From Thelocarpon superellum (taxonomy: Eukaryota): a stretch of 64,000 nt of DNA. Location of the stretch: the NCBI GenBank assembly GCA_026025795.1, contig JAPEUG010000039.1:1-64000 (forward strand), written 5' to 3'. Below the pieces are notes generated by a model. It ran no database searches and was not told where the DNA came from. It saw only the letters and a program-made list of their open reading frames with translations. This document shows, piece by piece, positions 47,638-60,986 of this stretch (position 1 is its first letter; each line of letters begins with the position of its first letter). The position numbers and the translations under genes were made by a program.

Positions 47638-49268
47638 CTATGAATCATACGTTACTTGTTCTGATTTGAACCCTTGGAAATACTGCCATTGTCAGCCCTT
47701 TCCCCCTCGCCGTGCTGGTCTCAGATGCCGACTCGCTGGAACAACTTACCCTCTTTCGAAAGTTGTTCAAATCATCTGCTGCTCCTCTCTCGGCCGCTAG
47801 ATTGTTCATGGCGGAAGTCGCTCGATGTCTGTATTCTCCCGTTGCTGAAGCCGGAAGTCGTCGATAGGTGAGGAGTCGACGCGACCCTGCCTTTGTCAAT
47901 CACTCCGTCTTGGCAGGCACAAAGATACGAGATAGAGGTATCGTGATGATCGTGAGAGAGCGCTCACATCGATTGAATGGCTGTACACATGTACTGACCA
48001 CCTTCAGATACTCATTCAAAGGGATAGCCAAGTCCCCCATCTCCTCATTGGCCGTGGGCATCCATAGTGACAACCTGCCGCCATCGACCAACATCATGGC
48101 GGCAAAGTCCAAAATATCCTCCATCATGGCCTCGAAGCTATATGGCCGTTTGGGTGGGATATATCCTGGTATCCTGGGAATCGCTCGGTCAATGCCAGAG
48201 TCAGAGGCAGAGGCAAGAGGGAAATGGAACGGACTTACTGATGCGCCGGGACCCCATCAATATAAACCGTCTCTTTCCCCTCCACCGGATCGCGACTCCC
48301 TAGGACCTTCAGCCCCTCACGTACCCCATATGGCGGATCGCAGACGATGCCATCGAGCCATCGCCCCTCGCGGACCGGCGAATGGGTAAGATCAGCCACG
48401 AAACCATCGAGCCAGTGCGCCACCAGGCCATATTGCACGAAATTGCCCAGCACGCTCTTCCCTTGCCCCGCCCTCCCCTCCTCCTTTCCCTCCCCCTTGC
48501 CCCTGATGCTGCGCCCGTCGATATCGGACCCGATGCAAATGGCGCCAAGATGCGCACAAGCAATAGGAAAGCCCCCCGTGCCCACGAACGGATCGTAAAA
48601 GAACTTGCCCGGGCCCGCGAGCGCCAAGTTCGCCGTGACAAGAGCTAGCTCTGCATCCATGGACGTAGTCGAGATGTACCTGCGCTTCTTGAGATCGTAT
48701 TTCTGCACCGCCGCCCTCCCGCTCCTCCCCACCAGCCGGCCGAGATAGGCACGCTGCAGTCGCGTCGCATCGCCGTCCCAGGCTTCAAAGATGCAGAACT
48801 CTTCCTCGGCTCCCCTCATCTTGATCTCCCCCTCCAGGCCCAGGTAGCGAAACGACTCGATCAGCGACCGCTGCTCCGTCGCGCTCCGCTTGCCTAGGTA
48901 CGCGTCCACCTCGAATCTGAACGAGCGATGCTGGTACCGTGCCCGGCGAGCGGAGGCGGTGCTCCGCACCGTCGCGTGCAGCTCTTCGTACGTCTCCCCC
49001 TGCCCCCATAGCTCGTAGATCCCTTTGCTGAGGATGCTACGCTGGATGAGCGTCGTGGCTTGCTTCTCGTCCGCTACGCGAATCAAGAGATGGGGGGTCT
49101 GCGTTCATGAGAGAAGTGGTCGTCGGTATGCGTGCGGTGGTGGTGGTCACTTACTTTGGGGTCGTACGCAAGGATCGTCAGTGGGAGGTTGGCATTCTCT
49201 GCCAGCGCGCGGATCTCGGGGACCCGGAAGGACTCGTGTACGTGGACGAGACGGATGAGGTAGTCCAT
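47638..49268 (-). CDS. TRM11: tRNA m2G10 methyltransferase Trm11; 5 exons
   Basis: YLIRLVHVHESFR, YDLKKRRYISTTSMDAEL, YDPFVGTG, GSDIDGR and IVCDPPYGVRE. Confidence 0.94.
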
Positions 49269-49280
49269 TCGACGCTGGGC

Positions 49281-49314
49281 CCGTCCGTCCGTCCGTCCGT
49301 CCGTCCGTCCGTCC
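49281..49314. repeat. (CCGT)8 microsatellite immediately upstream of the TRM11 start codon
   Basis: Directly visible. Confidence 0.95.
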
Positions 49315-49641
49315 TGTCTACTGGATGGATCGTGTCGATGGAGATTTTCAAATGGGGTGTCGTGGACAGAAAAGCCGAGTGACTTGCTGTCCATCAACTA
49401 CAGATGTTCGGTACCAGGACCTTGCCCACTCTTTGATATCGCCATCCTTGATGATTTACGCCACAGGCTCTAGTGGCCTTGGTCCGCTGTCCGCGCGACA
49501 CTCTGGACCAATCTTCAAGGGACAAGGACATGCATGCCAGGTCCACTCTTCTCCACCGCCTTGCTTCGGTCAACTCCGGCAAAGACAGGTAGATGCAGTG
49601 CAAACGTAGGACAAGGACATGGCAAATACGATCAGACCCGC

Positions 49642-51422
49642 CTAAGGCTCATGCACACGAAACAGATGCCGAGACTGATGGCCGCTCTGAAGCTCAATCT
49701 CCACTTGTTGACCCTTCGGTACCATCTCATGCTCCAAGTCCCAGCCCGCTCGTCGACACAACTCCGCCACCACCACGTCGCAATCGCCCAGCATGTCCAC
49801 GTCGAAGCTAATGTGAGACACGGGCTGGAACGGTCAGCCACGTTCGACCGTCCGAGGGGCTGCCAAACCTACCGTACGAGAAATGTACACCTGTGGCACC
49901 GTGGGCGGGAGAAAGCCCGCGATTTCCGAGACCGGCGCCACCTTGAGCGAGGTCCCAATCACTATCACCAGGTCGACTCGCTCGCGGTCATGCTTGACCA
50001 GTCGATCGTGGAAGGTGGACGGCAGGTCCTCGCCGAAGAACGTGATGTCCGGCTACTCCCATCAGTATCCAACGACCGAGACATGACCGGAGACAACACT
50101 ACCTTCATGACCCCCGCCTGTGGGACATCGTAGTCGCCGTCATCACTCCCGTCACCCTCGCTCTGCCACCCCGATTTCTCTCGGCCCGTCTTCGACGTCG
50201 CCGTCGTCCGCTTCCGCTTGACCCCCGCGTTCTTGGTATCCAGCAGCTCCTGCAAGCAGCGGGAACATTGCGCCACCTTGCCGTCCTTGAGCTCGGGGTA
50301 GATCTCCTCGCCCTTGACCTGGTACCTGCATTTGACACAAGTGGCCGTGGCAAAGGACCCGTGGCACTGGATCAGCTTCTCCGGCCGAATGCCCGCCTTG
50401 GCTTCGAGGTTGTCAATGTTCTGGGAGAAGTTGGTCAGGAGCTTGCCCTTTTCCTGGAGCAGATGGATGAAGGCGTGCGTCGGCGACACCTTGTCTTGAG
50501 ATGGGAGGATGTCGCGGGCGATGGAATAGAAGATGCTACGACCCCACAATCGTAAGGCGGAGGTGACATGTCACCAGAGACTGCAACGCCTACCTCGGAT
50601 CCTCTCGAAAGATCTGGATATCAAACACCTCCTGCGGATCGCTGAGCCCGAGGTGCTCCAATTTGGTGTACAGGCCGGTCTCTTTCGACCGGAAGTCGGG
50701 GATCCCGAGGCTGGTCGAGATCTACGAACAATGAGCGTCGAGCCAAGATAGCACAAGGCTACTTACGCCCGCCCCGGTGAGAACGATGATGTTCTGTGAG
50801 CTCTGCAGAAGCTCCACCACGTCATCGACCGTGTTGTAGTGCGGCAGCTTCAACCGCTTCGATAGCTCTCGCGAGATGCCCAGGCCGAGGAGAGGGAAGA
50901 AGGCTTCGTCGGGAGCTCCGTCCAGGAAAGGCGGCGGCCGGATACCGAACGCCGTGCAGAGCTTCTTGGCGGAGATGACGCCGGCGGCCACGGTCTCGGC
51001 CACGAATAGATCGGCCCCGACGGCACGTAACTTCTGTCGAAAGGCGTGGGCCTCTTCGAGCGTGCAGGCATTCTCCTCTTCGTCGTATCAGTAGCCATCC
51101 AATCCGTCACGACCATGGGAACTCGGGACCGACCGCCGTGGAACAGGTGTTCGTCGCCCATACCCTCCAAGGCATCGGCGTAGAGGGACTCCGTCTCCCA
51201 TGCCTCCTCGTCGTTCTCCTCATCGTCGTCCGACGCTTCATGACCGTCGACAGCGCCGATCCCGCCATGGGTCGGTGCATGGGTGGACGGGACGCCGATG
51301 GCCTCATGCGCCACCCCAGTCTCATCGTCAATAGAGGAGCTCGAAGCGGAGAGCAGATCGGCCACCTCGATCGCAGGGACGTGCAAGGCCTGATCGTCCA
51401 CGACGGGTTGATCGGCCTCCAT
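49642..51422 (-). CDS. SIR2: NAD-dependent deacetylase Sir2/Hst1 class; 6 exons
   Basis: [40 protein letters not shown] zinc ribbon, [10 protein letters not shown] and [10 protein letters not shown]. Confidence 0.94.
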
Positions 51423-51890
51423 CTCATCAGCAAGGCCAATGATGAAGAGGCGCGGTGGCAGATGGACGACTCGTTGGCTACATCATGCACCTGCGTAAAT
51501 CAAAGGAGGTGGATGCGAAGGACAGCGCGTCGCGCTTCATGCTTTAGACGCGCGGGTGGGGCGGCCCAGCCTGTCTACGGTATTGACGCATTCACGGTGT
51601 CATATGTCGTGCTACAGAGAGGCTCACGGCACGCATCGTTTCGTCCATCATGGGATCATCTCATTAATGGTATGGTGTAGGGATCCGGTCGCTGGTGCGT
51701 CCCGGTAATAGGGGAGATGAAGCGCGTGGATGAAGCGGGCTTTTCCCAAATGATACTCGTACATGATGCGGACATGACCGTCGCGTTTCCACCCATAATG
51801 GCCGACCCCCGCTGGCTAGACGACGCTGAAGGAGCAAAGGAGCAAAGGAGCAAAGAGCAATGGAGGAAGAGAAGAGAGCGGATTTTGCAT

Positions 51891-54579
51891 CTAACACAAG
51901 TCGGAACCCTCGTCCAGCACGCTTTTGACCTGATGGAGTCGCTTCCGCCACCGCATCATCTCACTTTCGTCCACGTCTTCGTTCTCCACGTGCAGATGCA
52001 GGCACACCTTGCCTAGGCTCTCTAGCACCTGCTCGAGAAGCATGCGATCACCCGGGCCCAGCTTGAAACTGGACGTGCCGCCAAAGGATGACGAGGAGCC
52101 AGTCGTCTCCTGCATTGGGGGTGCGACCGGGGCCACAGGGCTCGTGGAGATCGCAGCGGGTGGGATGGCACCACCGTTGGCGACTACAGCGGAGCGTCGG
52201 TCACCGCGACGACCCTTCCCCACCGGCCGTGGAGTCCGCGCGCCCGCGGACGGCTCACTGGTCGCCTCGGCAGAACGCCCGCTATCCGCCGCGTCGTGGC
52301 CTTCGGTCGCCGTGGCAAAGGTGGCCACGGTGGAGATGGAGTCAGTGCTCACGTTGCTGACCTGTCGCAGGTGCACGAGGTTGGAGGATCCGTTGGGCCG
52401 CTTGGCGGCCGCCTTGGGCGACGGGAATTGATTGACGGCTTTGGGCAGGCCCGGGGTGGAGACCTCAACCGCTCGCGCCGTCTCCACCGAGTCCGTCGAG
52501 CCGTAGCTCGCCGTGCTCTGGCGCCACGCCACTTTGTTCTGGCTGTAGTGACCCAAGCCGCTGTGGAGATAGAAGTGCTCGTAGTCAAAGGCGTCCGCCC
52601 GGTCCTCGTGCCGCTCCCCAACCGCCAGGGACGTCTCCTCGGGTTCCACTTGGGCTTCCGTTTCCATCATTAGCTCATCCTCGGCGAGTCCGTCGTCTTG
52701 CATCTCGTCTAGGTCCATGATCTCCGCCGCCTGCTCGGGCCCTTCCAGGTCGGGCTCCACCTCGTCCTCGGCATCGGCGAACTTCGATGCCTCCGTCACT
52801 TCCTCATCTTCGCCGTCGACGAAATGTCCGTTCATCTCCTTGGCCAGGTCCATTTCTGGCCGCACACCGACCTCAAGAGCCTTGTACCCGTTGGCCCCAA
52901 GGTACCATTGCTCGGCCGCCGTGAAAGGGCTGGGGGTGCGGAGGCTCTGAAGGCTCCGTCGCCGCAGGTGGTCCTCGCGGGCGCGCTGTCGCAGACTGGA
53001 GATGCGACCCTTGAGGTCCTTCATCTGATCGCGCACGTCGCGCATCTGCATGGTGGACTGCGATCGGGACAGTCCCGATGGTTTTCGCAGGCCGTGTGAC
53101 GCCTCGTGCTGCTCCGTCTCGAGAGCGAGGGACCCGACCGATCGGTTGTGTGGCTTGACGCCGGAACCCCGGATCGAATGGTGGTGCCCGTGTGTCGGGA
53201 CCGCCTCGGGACTCGGGGTGAAGCGATTGTACGACCCTAGGGCGCTAAGATAGTTCCGCGTGCCAATCTGCTCGTAGTAGTCCCGCGTCGCGGTGCTATC
53301 CTTATACCGGACCTCTCGTACCGAGCTTGACTTGGCCAAACCGTGCGCGCTTCGAGGTTGACGATGGGTGAGCAGACCACTCATGACGCTCCGTGCCCGG
53401 AGGCCTCCATGAGCCTCGTCGCGCGGCGGCGTCTCCACGGTCTGCAGCGAGGACGGCACTGAGGTCTCGCTGAAGACGCGGGCGTGATTGGACGTCGTAG
53501 CGTCGGCCAACGGGGAGGCCCGATGTTGCCGATGTTTCGCGGGCGAGACGCCCACGCCCAGATGAACCCGCACCTCGCCATTGGGCGGAGAGCCCGGGGT
53601 GGTACGGGTCGAGGCGGGGCTGAGGTTCCATGACGATGGCGACATGGACGGCGAGGGCGAGATGATGAGCGAATGCCGGGCGCGATTGAGATTGCCCTCC
53701 ATATTCTGTGCACGACACATCAGTTCGGATCGACGTTGTGCGTTCGCCATGCAGGCCGTCACTCACATCGAGCCTCTTCTTGGCGTTGGCCAAGATCCGC
53801 TCCGCGCGCATACCGAGCGCCGCCGACGACGGCCGTTCCCCCACCTCGTCGTCCTCCGGGCTGCTCAGCGAGCGTCCGAGATTCGACATGGACTGAGCGC
53901 CGGCACGATAGTGTAGCATGTCGCGGTCTGCGTCGGGCAGCAGCGACGAGTCAGGTTCCGCGTCCCGAGATGGACCGTGACCATTGGCGACGCTCTCGAT
54001 CCGTCCGTCGCTCTCGTCTTCGTCCTCCCCCTCTTCCCCCTCCTCATCCTCGTCGTCCGGGTCGAAGGCGCTTTTGGGCGCGGGCGCAAAGGTGATGATG
54101 GACATGGCAGTCGTGGGTGGGGGTGCGTCATCGGGATGGTGGGGCAGATAGTCCTGCTTGGCCACGAGTCGAGTCACCACGGAGGGTGATGGGGTAGCGC
54201 GGGGGGCGGTGGACGAGGAGGACGGGGAGGCGCTAGCGTGATAGTGATTCAGCGACCCAGGATCCCGCGAGCGTCGCTGCACGGGAGTGTTCTCGGCCGT
54301 ATCGATCTCCTCGATGTCGGAGAGCTCGGTGCCATCGCCATACGGGTCCATGGGTGGCGTGACGGGCCGGGCCATGCTCAGCGCTCTCCGGCCAGGCGGG
54401 GCCCGCGCGAGTTTGACGGCGGAGAAGTTGGGCGCGAAGGCACCCGCCGCGACCGAGCCAACGGGCATGTGCATTGACTGTGGGGGCGGGGAGGGTGTCG
54501 AGGCTCGGGAGATGTCGCCATAGGGGAGGATCATATCAGGGTTGGTGAGCGTGGGCGAGGGCGCATCGGTGGAACGCAT
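51891..54579 (-). CDS. Conserved fungal hypothetical, largely disordered protein with coiled-coil segments; intron 53706-53766
   Basis: Two long ORFs join as RAERILANAKKRLD|NMEGNLNRAR. Other blocks are LRRRSLQSLRTPSPFT and HEDRADAFDYEHFYLHS. Confidence 0.8.
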
Positions 54580-56169
54580 TGTGCCGGTTAACGGACGCGT
54601 ACGCCCGGGGAAGCAGCGGGGCGGGCGTGTCGTGTCGGTGTTTGGAGCAGGATCGGGGGTTGGTCGTGGCTCGGATCGCGAAGACGAGAGTCTGCACCGC
54701 TAGGCTGGTGGGAAGGGCCTGCGATCAGGGACGGGACCGCTGAGACGCCGGCGGCTCGCGGGGCCCAGAGCTCCGCCGGGTCACGAGGCAAAGAGCGTAG
54801 GGAGCATGGTTGAGCGAGCAGGGTTGGTCAGCACGCATTGATGCGAAGGCAGATGTGGACGATGAGGGTTAAAATTCGCGACGAGAGGTGTCGCCGTGAT
54901 GATGGTGATGGTGGAGGAAGAGGTAGAGGTAGAGGTAGAGGTAGCCGTGGTGGTGGCCATTTTGGTGGTGGTGGTGGTGGTGGTGGCCGACGATGGCCGG
55001 GCGTCGGACGGACCGCACGGACGACCACGGCCAATTAGACGGCGGCAGAAAACCGGAGCAGGCAAGATGCGAGGTGAGCGAGGTGCGCAGGCGTCGGCCG
55101 ACGATGAACGCGAGCGAACGCATATCCCTGCCAATCGGGTCTACGGGCGGTGGCCGACGATAGCGTCCGCCGGGTCTGGCGTCTGGCGGCATCCAGCAGT
55201 GGCGGTTGAGATTGGCGGTGCACGGTCAAAGGGTCTAAGGGCCGGTGCAGGGCCGGTTCAGGGCCAAGGCGTTCGTTTGCGTCCGCTGGTGGATCTGGGA
55301 GACGAATGACGGCGGGCCAATGGGCCTTGCCCCCCGTCGCCCAGGCGAGCGAGCGTCAAGCGGCGCACAGGCTAACCGGGGTCGGAAGGATCGCCCCTAC
55401 CCAACCCTAGATGCACACGCTACTGTCAGGCGACAGGGACAGGACGGCGACCCGACAGGGAGGCCGCTGGATGGCACGTCCTTTGTGCGTCGCGACTCCC
55501 GGGATCAGGCCGAGCTCGATCCATGGACCCGCGGACCCTGTGCCCTCGCGTCGCTCCATGGCCCGCTTGTTCGAAGGAGCTTCTGGCGCGCAAGTAGAAG
55601 TAATCATGAACACCGGTCGCCATTTTCCGTGTCGCCGGGGTTCTTCGCGTCGATTTGCCCTTTCGCGGGCCCTAGCTCTACCGCAGTTCGTAGGATGAGG
55701 ACGGGAGTGCATGGGTGCAGCCGCGTCTGGACGGAATGACGATAGAGATTGCTTAGCCGTCGGACCGATGTTGTGCGTCAGTCATTTCGGACGAGGGGAA
55801 TAGACCTCGCATCGCCCGTCCGTATGCCACACCAGTACAGCTTTGTACAGGACATGCGAGTGATGCGTCAGGAGCCTCTCCACGATCACAGCCAGAGGCA
55901 GAAAGACGCGACTAATGTCACGCCACTTTCCCGAGTGGGAGAAGCGAGCAGTCACTCATCAAACTCCACTCCCCACCACCACACCCATCCTGCCGTTCCG
56001 CTCTATGAGTAGCTCAGGTGAGCCCAGGTGAGCTCTGCAAGTATCGCACAACAGCACGACGTGATTACTCATTCGGCCAGTACACTTACAAGGCCTCCAG
56101 TCCGCTTCTCGCCACGGGCCAATTCAGAAGTCATCCTGCATGTCGTTACAACGCACCGCACAGATGTTG

Positions 56170-58364
56170 TTATGGTCGAGACTCCAACAAGGCTAAGATC
56201 AGCCTCGCGCCTTGGTTCCCCTTGACCTCGTCACGTCGTTTATGCGAGCCCTTCTTCCCTTCCACCTCACTCGTCGTCCGCCGCAGCTTCTGTTCCTCTG
56301 TTTCCTCCATTGCCACTTTGGCGATCACCTCACGATGTTTCTGTAATTCCCTCAAGAGCTCCTCTCTCTGCCCAAAGCTTGGGGTTTCGAGCATGGCCAG
56401 AGTCACAAACGAACCGGCGCCTGTCGCCCACGCGGCCAAATATGGCTTGATGCGCGGGTAGAGGAGGTTGTGGAAGGCGAGCGCGGGCTCCACGGCTAAA
56501 TTCTGGTCAGCGACGTTCATGTCAGACTGCGCCTCAGATCCAGCTGGCCAACTACCTTCGATTGACGATATTTTTGGATTGAATCGTCCGCCGAGAACGA
56601 GCGTCTTCAGCATTCGGCCCGCCGCGGCTCTTTTGACCATGTGCTCGTCGTCGCCAGGGTCGCCTTTTGCCAGGTCGGCGACCTGCGCTAGTGCTTTGCT
56701 TTTCTCGCCCTCGCAGCCCAACAGCACCTCCATTACGAATTGGCAGCCGAAAGAGCTTTGACACAGCGGCGTCGCGTGCGTCTCGACGGCGTGAAGCAGG
56801 TTTGGGGACAAGGCGCGCAGGAGCTCCTGCCGTCGTGTCACGGGATCTTTCTTGCTAGTGCTTGATCGGATGTGCTCGATCTCTTGTAGAATGGCGACGT
56901 CGTCGGCAGAAAGTAGCCACTTGGCCGGGCCGGCCAGAAGGTACAAGAATGGGATTCTCGCGTTGAGATGGACCGCAGCCTGGAGGATGGTCTCCTGCTG
57001 CGTCGCTTCGTCCTTCCCCAAGAGCTCAGGGAAGATGGCTTTGTATGTGAGGACGGTGTCGTCGATCAGGTCTAAGGCGGCGAGGATGACGCGATGGCCA
57101 TGCAAATCGTACGCCAGCAACGAGATGGTGTTCTTGTAGCTCCGCAAGATGTGCTTGCGATCTTTGGCGCTGCCATAGGCCAGCGCGAGACACACCACGC
57201 GCGAGCCGGACTTGGTAAAGGCCAGATTCTTGAGCAAGTCGCCCTCCTCGTCTCCCTTGAGTAGCTCCATGAACTCGTTCGCCTCGTCACCGCCCGGCTT
57301 GGTGTTTTGAAAGTACTCGAGCATCGCGTCGTGCAGCATGGTGAATCCCGTCATCTTCTTCTGCACCAGATGATTGATGAGGTCGTGCAGGGCATGCATG
57401 ATGGGTGTCCGTTTCTCCGGCGATTGCACCAAGATCTCGGCCAGTCGCGACGTGGTCTCTGAGGAGGCCGTGTTCTTGAACAAGGCGAATTCGGCGCCGT
57501 ACCACTCCCGCAACAAGGCGGCCTTTTGCGGCGGCGTCGCGATGCCGCGGTAGATGTCATCCAGAATCCACGAGGCTTCGGGATGCTTGATGGTGCGTCG
57601 GACGCTGCCGTAGAACTCGGGGATAATGAGATCTCGAACCTCCTCGTCCCCGTGCACCAGCAGCTTGCCGATCAGAAACTTGGCATATCGGCTTTCGGCC
57701 AGCTGCCGGAACTCCCCCTTGAGCTCGTGTGCGATCATCTTCCGCTGCGACGGATTTGCGTACTTGATGGCCGTTTGCACCACGCGCACCGCATCATGCT
57801 TTAAGACGAAATCCTTAACCCGACCCGTGACAATGTCAAACAGCTCCGCCACCAGCCCCTTGCGCTCGGCCAGCGGCACATGGGACTTCCGCCGTAGTCG
57901 CTCCCAGAGCTTCTTGGACTGAAGGATGAGGTCGGCGTTCGGCTTGGCCGCCTTGCGCTCCTGGATCAGCGCCTTTTGCTTGGCATGCGCTTCTCTTGAT
58001 GACGTTGCTGTCATTGATGAGCACGAGCATATTCGCGCCGTGGTCGACGGGCAGACTCACCGTTCGCGTGCGCTGCGGATGAGCCCTTGCCCGGCTTCCG
58101 TCCAGCGTCCCCATTGACAGGAGCTTCGTCGAAAGTGGACGAGTGGTCTTTGCCCAGAGTCACAACTCCATCAGCCTCACCGTCTGAATCCAAGCCCTCG
58201 AAGCTGTCGATCTCCTTGAGTGCAGAATGATGCGACGCCGTTCGAATGGGTTTCGTTCGTATCCGGTTTCCCTGCGTTTCGAGACCCCGTTTGGCCTTTT
58301 TCACTTTCGAGGCACCATCGGTCGAGTTCTTCTCACTGCTTGCTCTTCTCTTCATTTGTGCCAT
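56170..58364 (-). CDS. PUF6: Pumilio-homology nucleolar protein Puf6; introns 58008-58060, 56496-56555
   Basis: SKKLWERLRRK, FVLKHDAVRVVQTAIKY, LAESRYAKFLI.KLL, AFTKSGSRVVC and a CPL-like SKKDP..RRQELL. Confidence 0.92.
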
Positions 58365-58705
58365 GTGGACAGGCATTGGGTTCAAAGCATGTCCCAGATG
58401 TCTGACAAGGTCGGAAAACGGTGCGATGGGACATTGGGGGAAATGATTAAGCTTCGGTTTGGTGTGGTGCAAGGGATTGCTCGCGAAAAACTGCCCGCCA
58501 TTAGCCGGAGGGTGCGGCCGAGTTCACGGTCGAGGAGAGTCGCCAGTCACTACGTCGAAGTAGGTCAATTGGGCCATAGCTCCCGAACGGCCCCGCTTCT
58601 CTACTCTATATGTGTAGGCTGTGACCGCGTATAAGAAGCCCCGGAGATCCTGCGAGGGTCGGCCACAGATGTCCATCAAACCGAATCCTGACCAATCTCC
58701 TCAGA

Positions 58706-59157
58706 ATGGGTGTCGTCCACATTGTGTTATTCCACTTCAAGCCAGACCGCGACCAGGTCTTGGTACAAAGCGTACGCTTGGGGCATTTTCCAATGACCGC
58801 GGAGAACGTGTCTCTGATGTTGGCTAGGTGTGTGATAAAATGCTGGGCTTGAAGGAAGCATGCAAGAAACCAGGGACCAACGAACCCTACATTAAGTCGT
58901 CCGTCGGCGGGCTGCAGAATAGCATCGAAGGCCGAGCGGTATTCTCCCACTGTCTGAGCATCGACCGATGAGCCATATTGATGATGCCGCGCCTGCCGTA
59001 GGATGGTGTCACGCATGCTTTCGTGGTGGAGTTCCACAACGTTGCAGATCGGGACTACTACGTGAAAGAGGACCCAGCGCACCGTGCCTTTGTGCAGAGC
59101 GTCGCGGATGACGTCGTCCACGTACAGGTGGTCGATTTTGTGCCGGGTACCTGGTAG
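58706..59157 (+). CDS. Stress-responsive A/B barrel (Dabb) protein; exons 58706-58771, 58828-58938, 59002-59157
   Basis: Spliced MGVVHIVLFHFK...LGLKEACKKP...PYIKSSVGG.QNSIEG..DGVTHAFVVEF.NVADRDYYVKEDPAHRAFV...VVDF. It is not in the ORF track. Confidence 0.9.
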
Positions 59158-59370
59158 CGAGAGTCCTTGGGGACAGCGGTTGGTGTCATCAACTATTACG
59201 AGTATAGTTACATCGACGCACTCAAAGCTACCGTATCAATCCCACACGCACGTCCCGATGCACCGACGCCTCGTAGATGCTGAAGCATGATGCGACAAAT
59301 CATAAGCCGCCGACACAAGTCCCTCGTCCTAGATATCCCAGTTCCTTGGGATATTTGTGAAAGGTCAACG

Positions 59371-60589
59371 CTATTCCTTTTCGAGGTCCTTGGGACTGGG
59401 GTCACCAATGCCATCCTCATTGATGGCAAAAAGGCAGTCGCTCTCCGGCAGACAGGGGCTGTCATAGATCTTGCAGATCCGCGTCTCTCCGCGACCTTTT
59501 TTCAGGCTGAGACGGGTGGTGGAAGCATGCGCGATGATGTTGCCACCGATGGGCTTCTTCGGATCGGGGTTGAACATGGCCGAGGGTCCACCGTCCACCT
59601 GCGCCACCACCTGGTTCGTGATGACCACCGCGATCCCAAACTCGTCCGCCAGTCGTTGGAGCGTGCGCATGAAGCGGGCCAGATGCGTCTGACGCGAGCT
59701 GAGCTCGCCACGTCCCGAGAAGTCGGTACGATAGAGCGAGGTCGCGCTGTCAACGATGAGCAGCGAGAAGCGTGTCTCGCACATCATGGCCGACGCCTGA
59801 TTCAGGAGTTGAAGCTGGTGGTCCGAGTTGTAGGCGCGCGCGTAGGCTACGTTGTCAAGCACTTCCTCCCCGGACAGGCCGTATCGATTCGCCACCGCGA
59901 GCAATCGCACCGGACTGGCGCGCCATCGTCAGCAGCGGACGTTGCATCAGGGCAGGAGACACGCACCGGAAGGTTCCTTCGGTGTCAATGTACAGGCACT
60001 TGCCCTCGCCGCCACCCATGTCGAAGGGCAGTTGGCAGGTCACGGCGAGGGTGTGGCAGATCTGACTCTTGCCGGTGCGAAACTCTCCAAAGATCTCCGT
60101 GATGGATCCCGTCTCGACGCCACCCGCCAAGAGTGTATCGAGCTGCTTGGAGCCGGTGGTGATGGAGATCAACTCGCTCCGACGTTGGTGCATTTCGGTC
60201 GCGGTAGTGAAGCCCATCGGCACCAGCTTCGACGCTTCGGCGAGAACCTTCGTGGCCTTTTGCTCCGAGATGCCCTTGATCTGCTCCAAGAACCGTCGCG
60301 GCCTGGTCTTGATCAGCGTGCGGCCGTCAGGACTCGCCGGGACGAGTGTCAGAGGACACTGACGTATATGCGACCGACTCCACCGTATTGTATCCGCCAT
60401 CGACGATCAGCTGGATGTCGCGCTTCGAGAGGCCAGCCACGCCCTGGCTAGGGTGAGCTTGCGCGTTGCGCGACCGACGCATCTTTCACCACGTACCTCG
60501 AGCGCCGAGAGAGGCGTTGGTGCTCCGGGCCCCGCCAACCCGCCATCTTCCACACCCATGTCCACCTGCTCTCCGTCCTCGGTCGTCAT
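59371..60589 (-). CDS. RAD51: Rad51 recombinase; introns 60444-60496, 60303-60363, 59915-59966
   Basis: GFTTATE, Walker [18 protein letters not shown], Walker [19 protein letters not shown] and [13 protein letters not shown]. Confidence 0.97.
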
Positions 60590-60675
60590 GATGTTACTGT
60601 GCGACTTTGCACGATCGCTGAAGATCTGAGGGAAACAAGCAGCAGAAGTGGTGCCAGTTGCGGGGTGAGGGAGAT

Positions 60676-60681
60676 ACGCGT
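60676..60681. promoter_or_regulatory. MCB (MluI cell-cycle box) ACGCGT upstream of RAD51
   Basis: Exact ACGCGT about 87 nt upstream of the RAD51 ATG. RAD51 orthologues are known MBF targets in yeasts. Confidence 0.4.
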
Positions 60682-60986
60682 GTCGACAGGAGGCAACAAC
60701 ACGCTTTCACGTGACTGTCATTACACCATTCTCGGGCGATAGGGGCCAAACAGACGAGATCGACGGACCGACTGCCACCACATCAACGTCCCAGGTAGGA
60801 TCCGCGAGACGTCATATCTACAAGCGATGCCAGTCCGCCAAAGCAACCTCTGATTTTGCGTCACAGGATATGGAAGCCAATGGACCTCGAGGGGTCATGA
60901 TGCCATTGAGTTGATCAAAGTACGGATTTTACTTCTTAGGAGCAAGCAGCTGAAGCCCCATTGAGGGCATGCCTTTTCCGAGCCCA

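Noticed and set aside
54895..54990. (GGT)n/(GAGGTA)n tract giving poly-His/Pro/Val ORFs
   Set aside because: Simple repeats in a likely 5' UTR/promoter, with no coding evidence.
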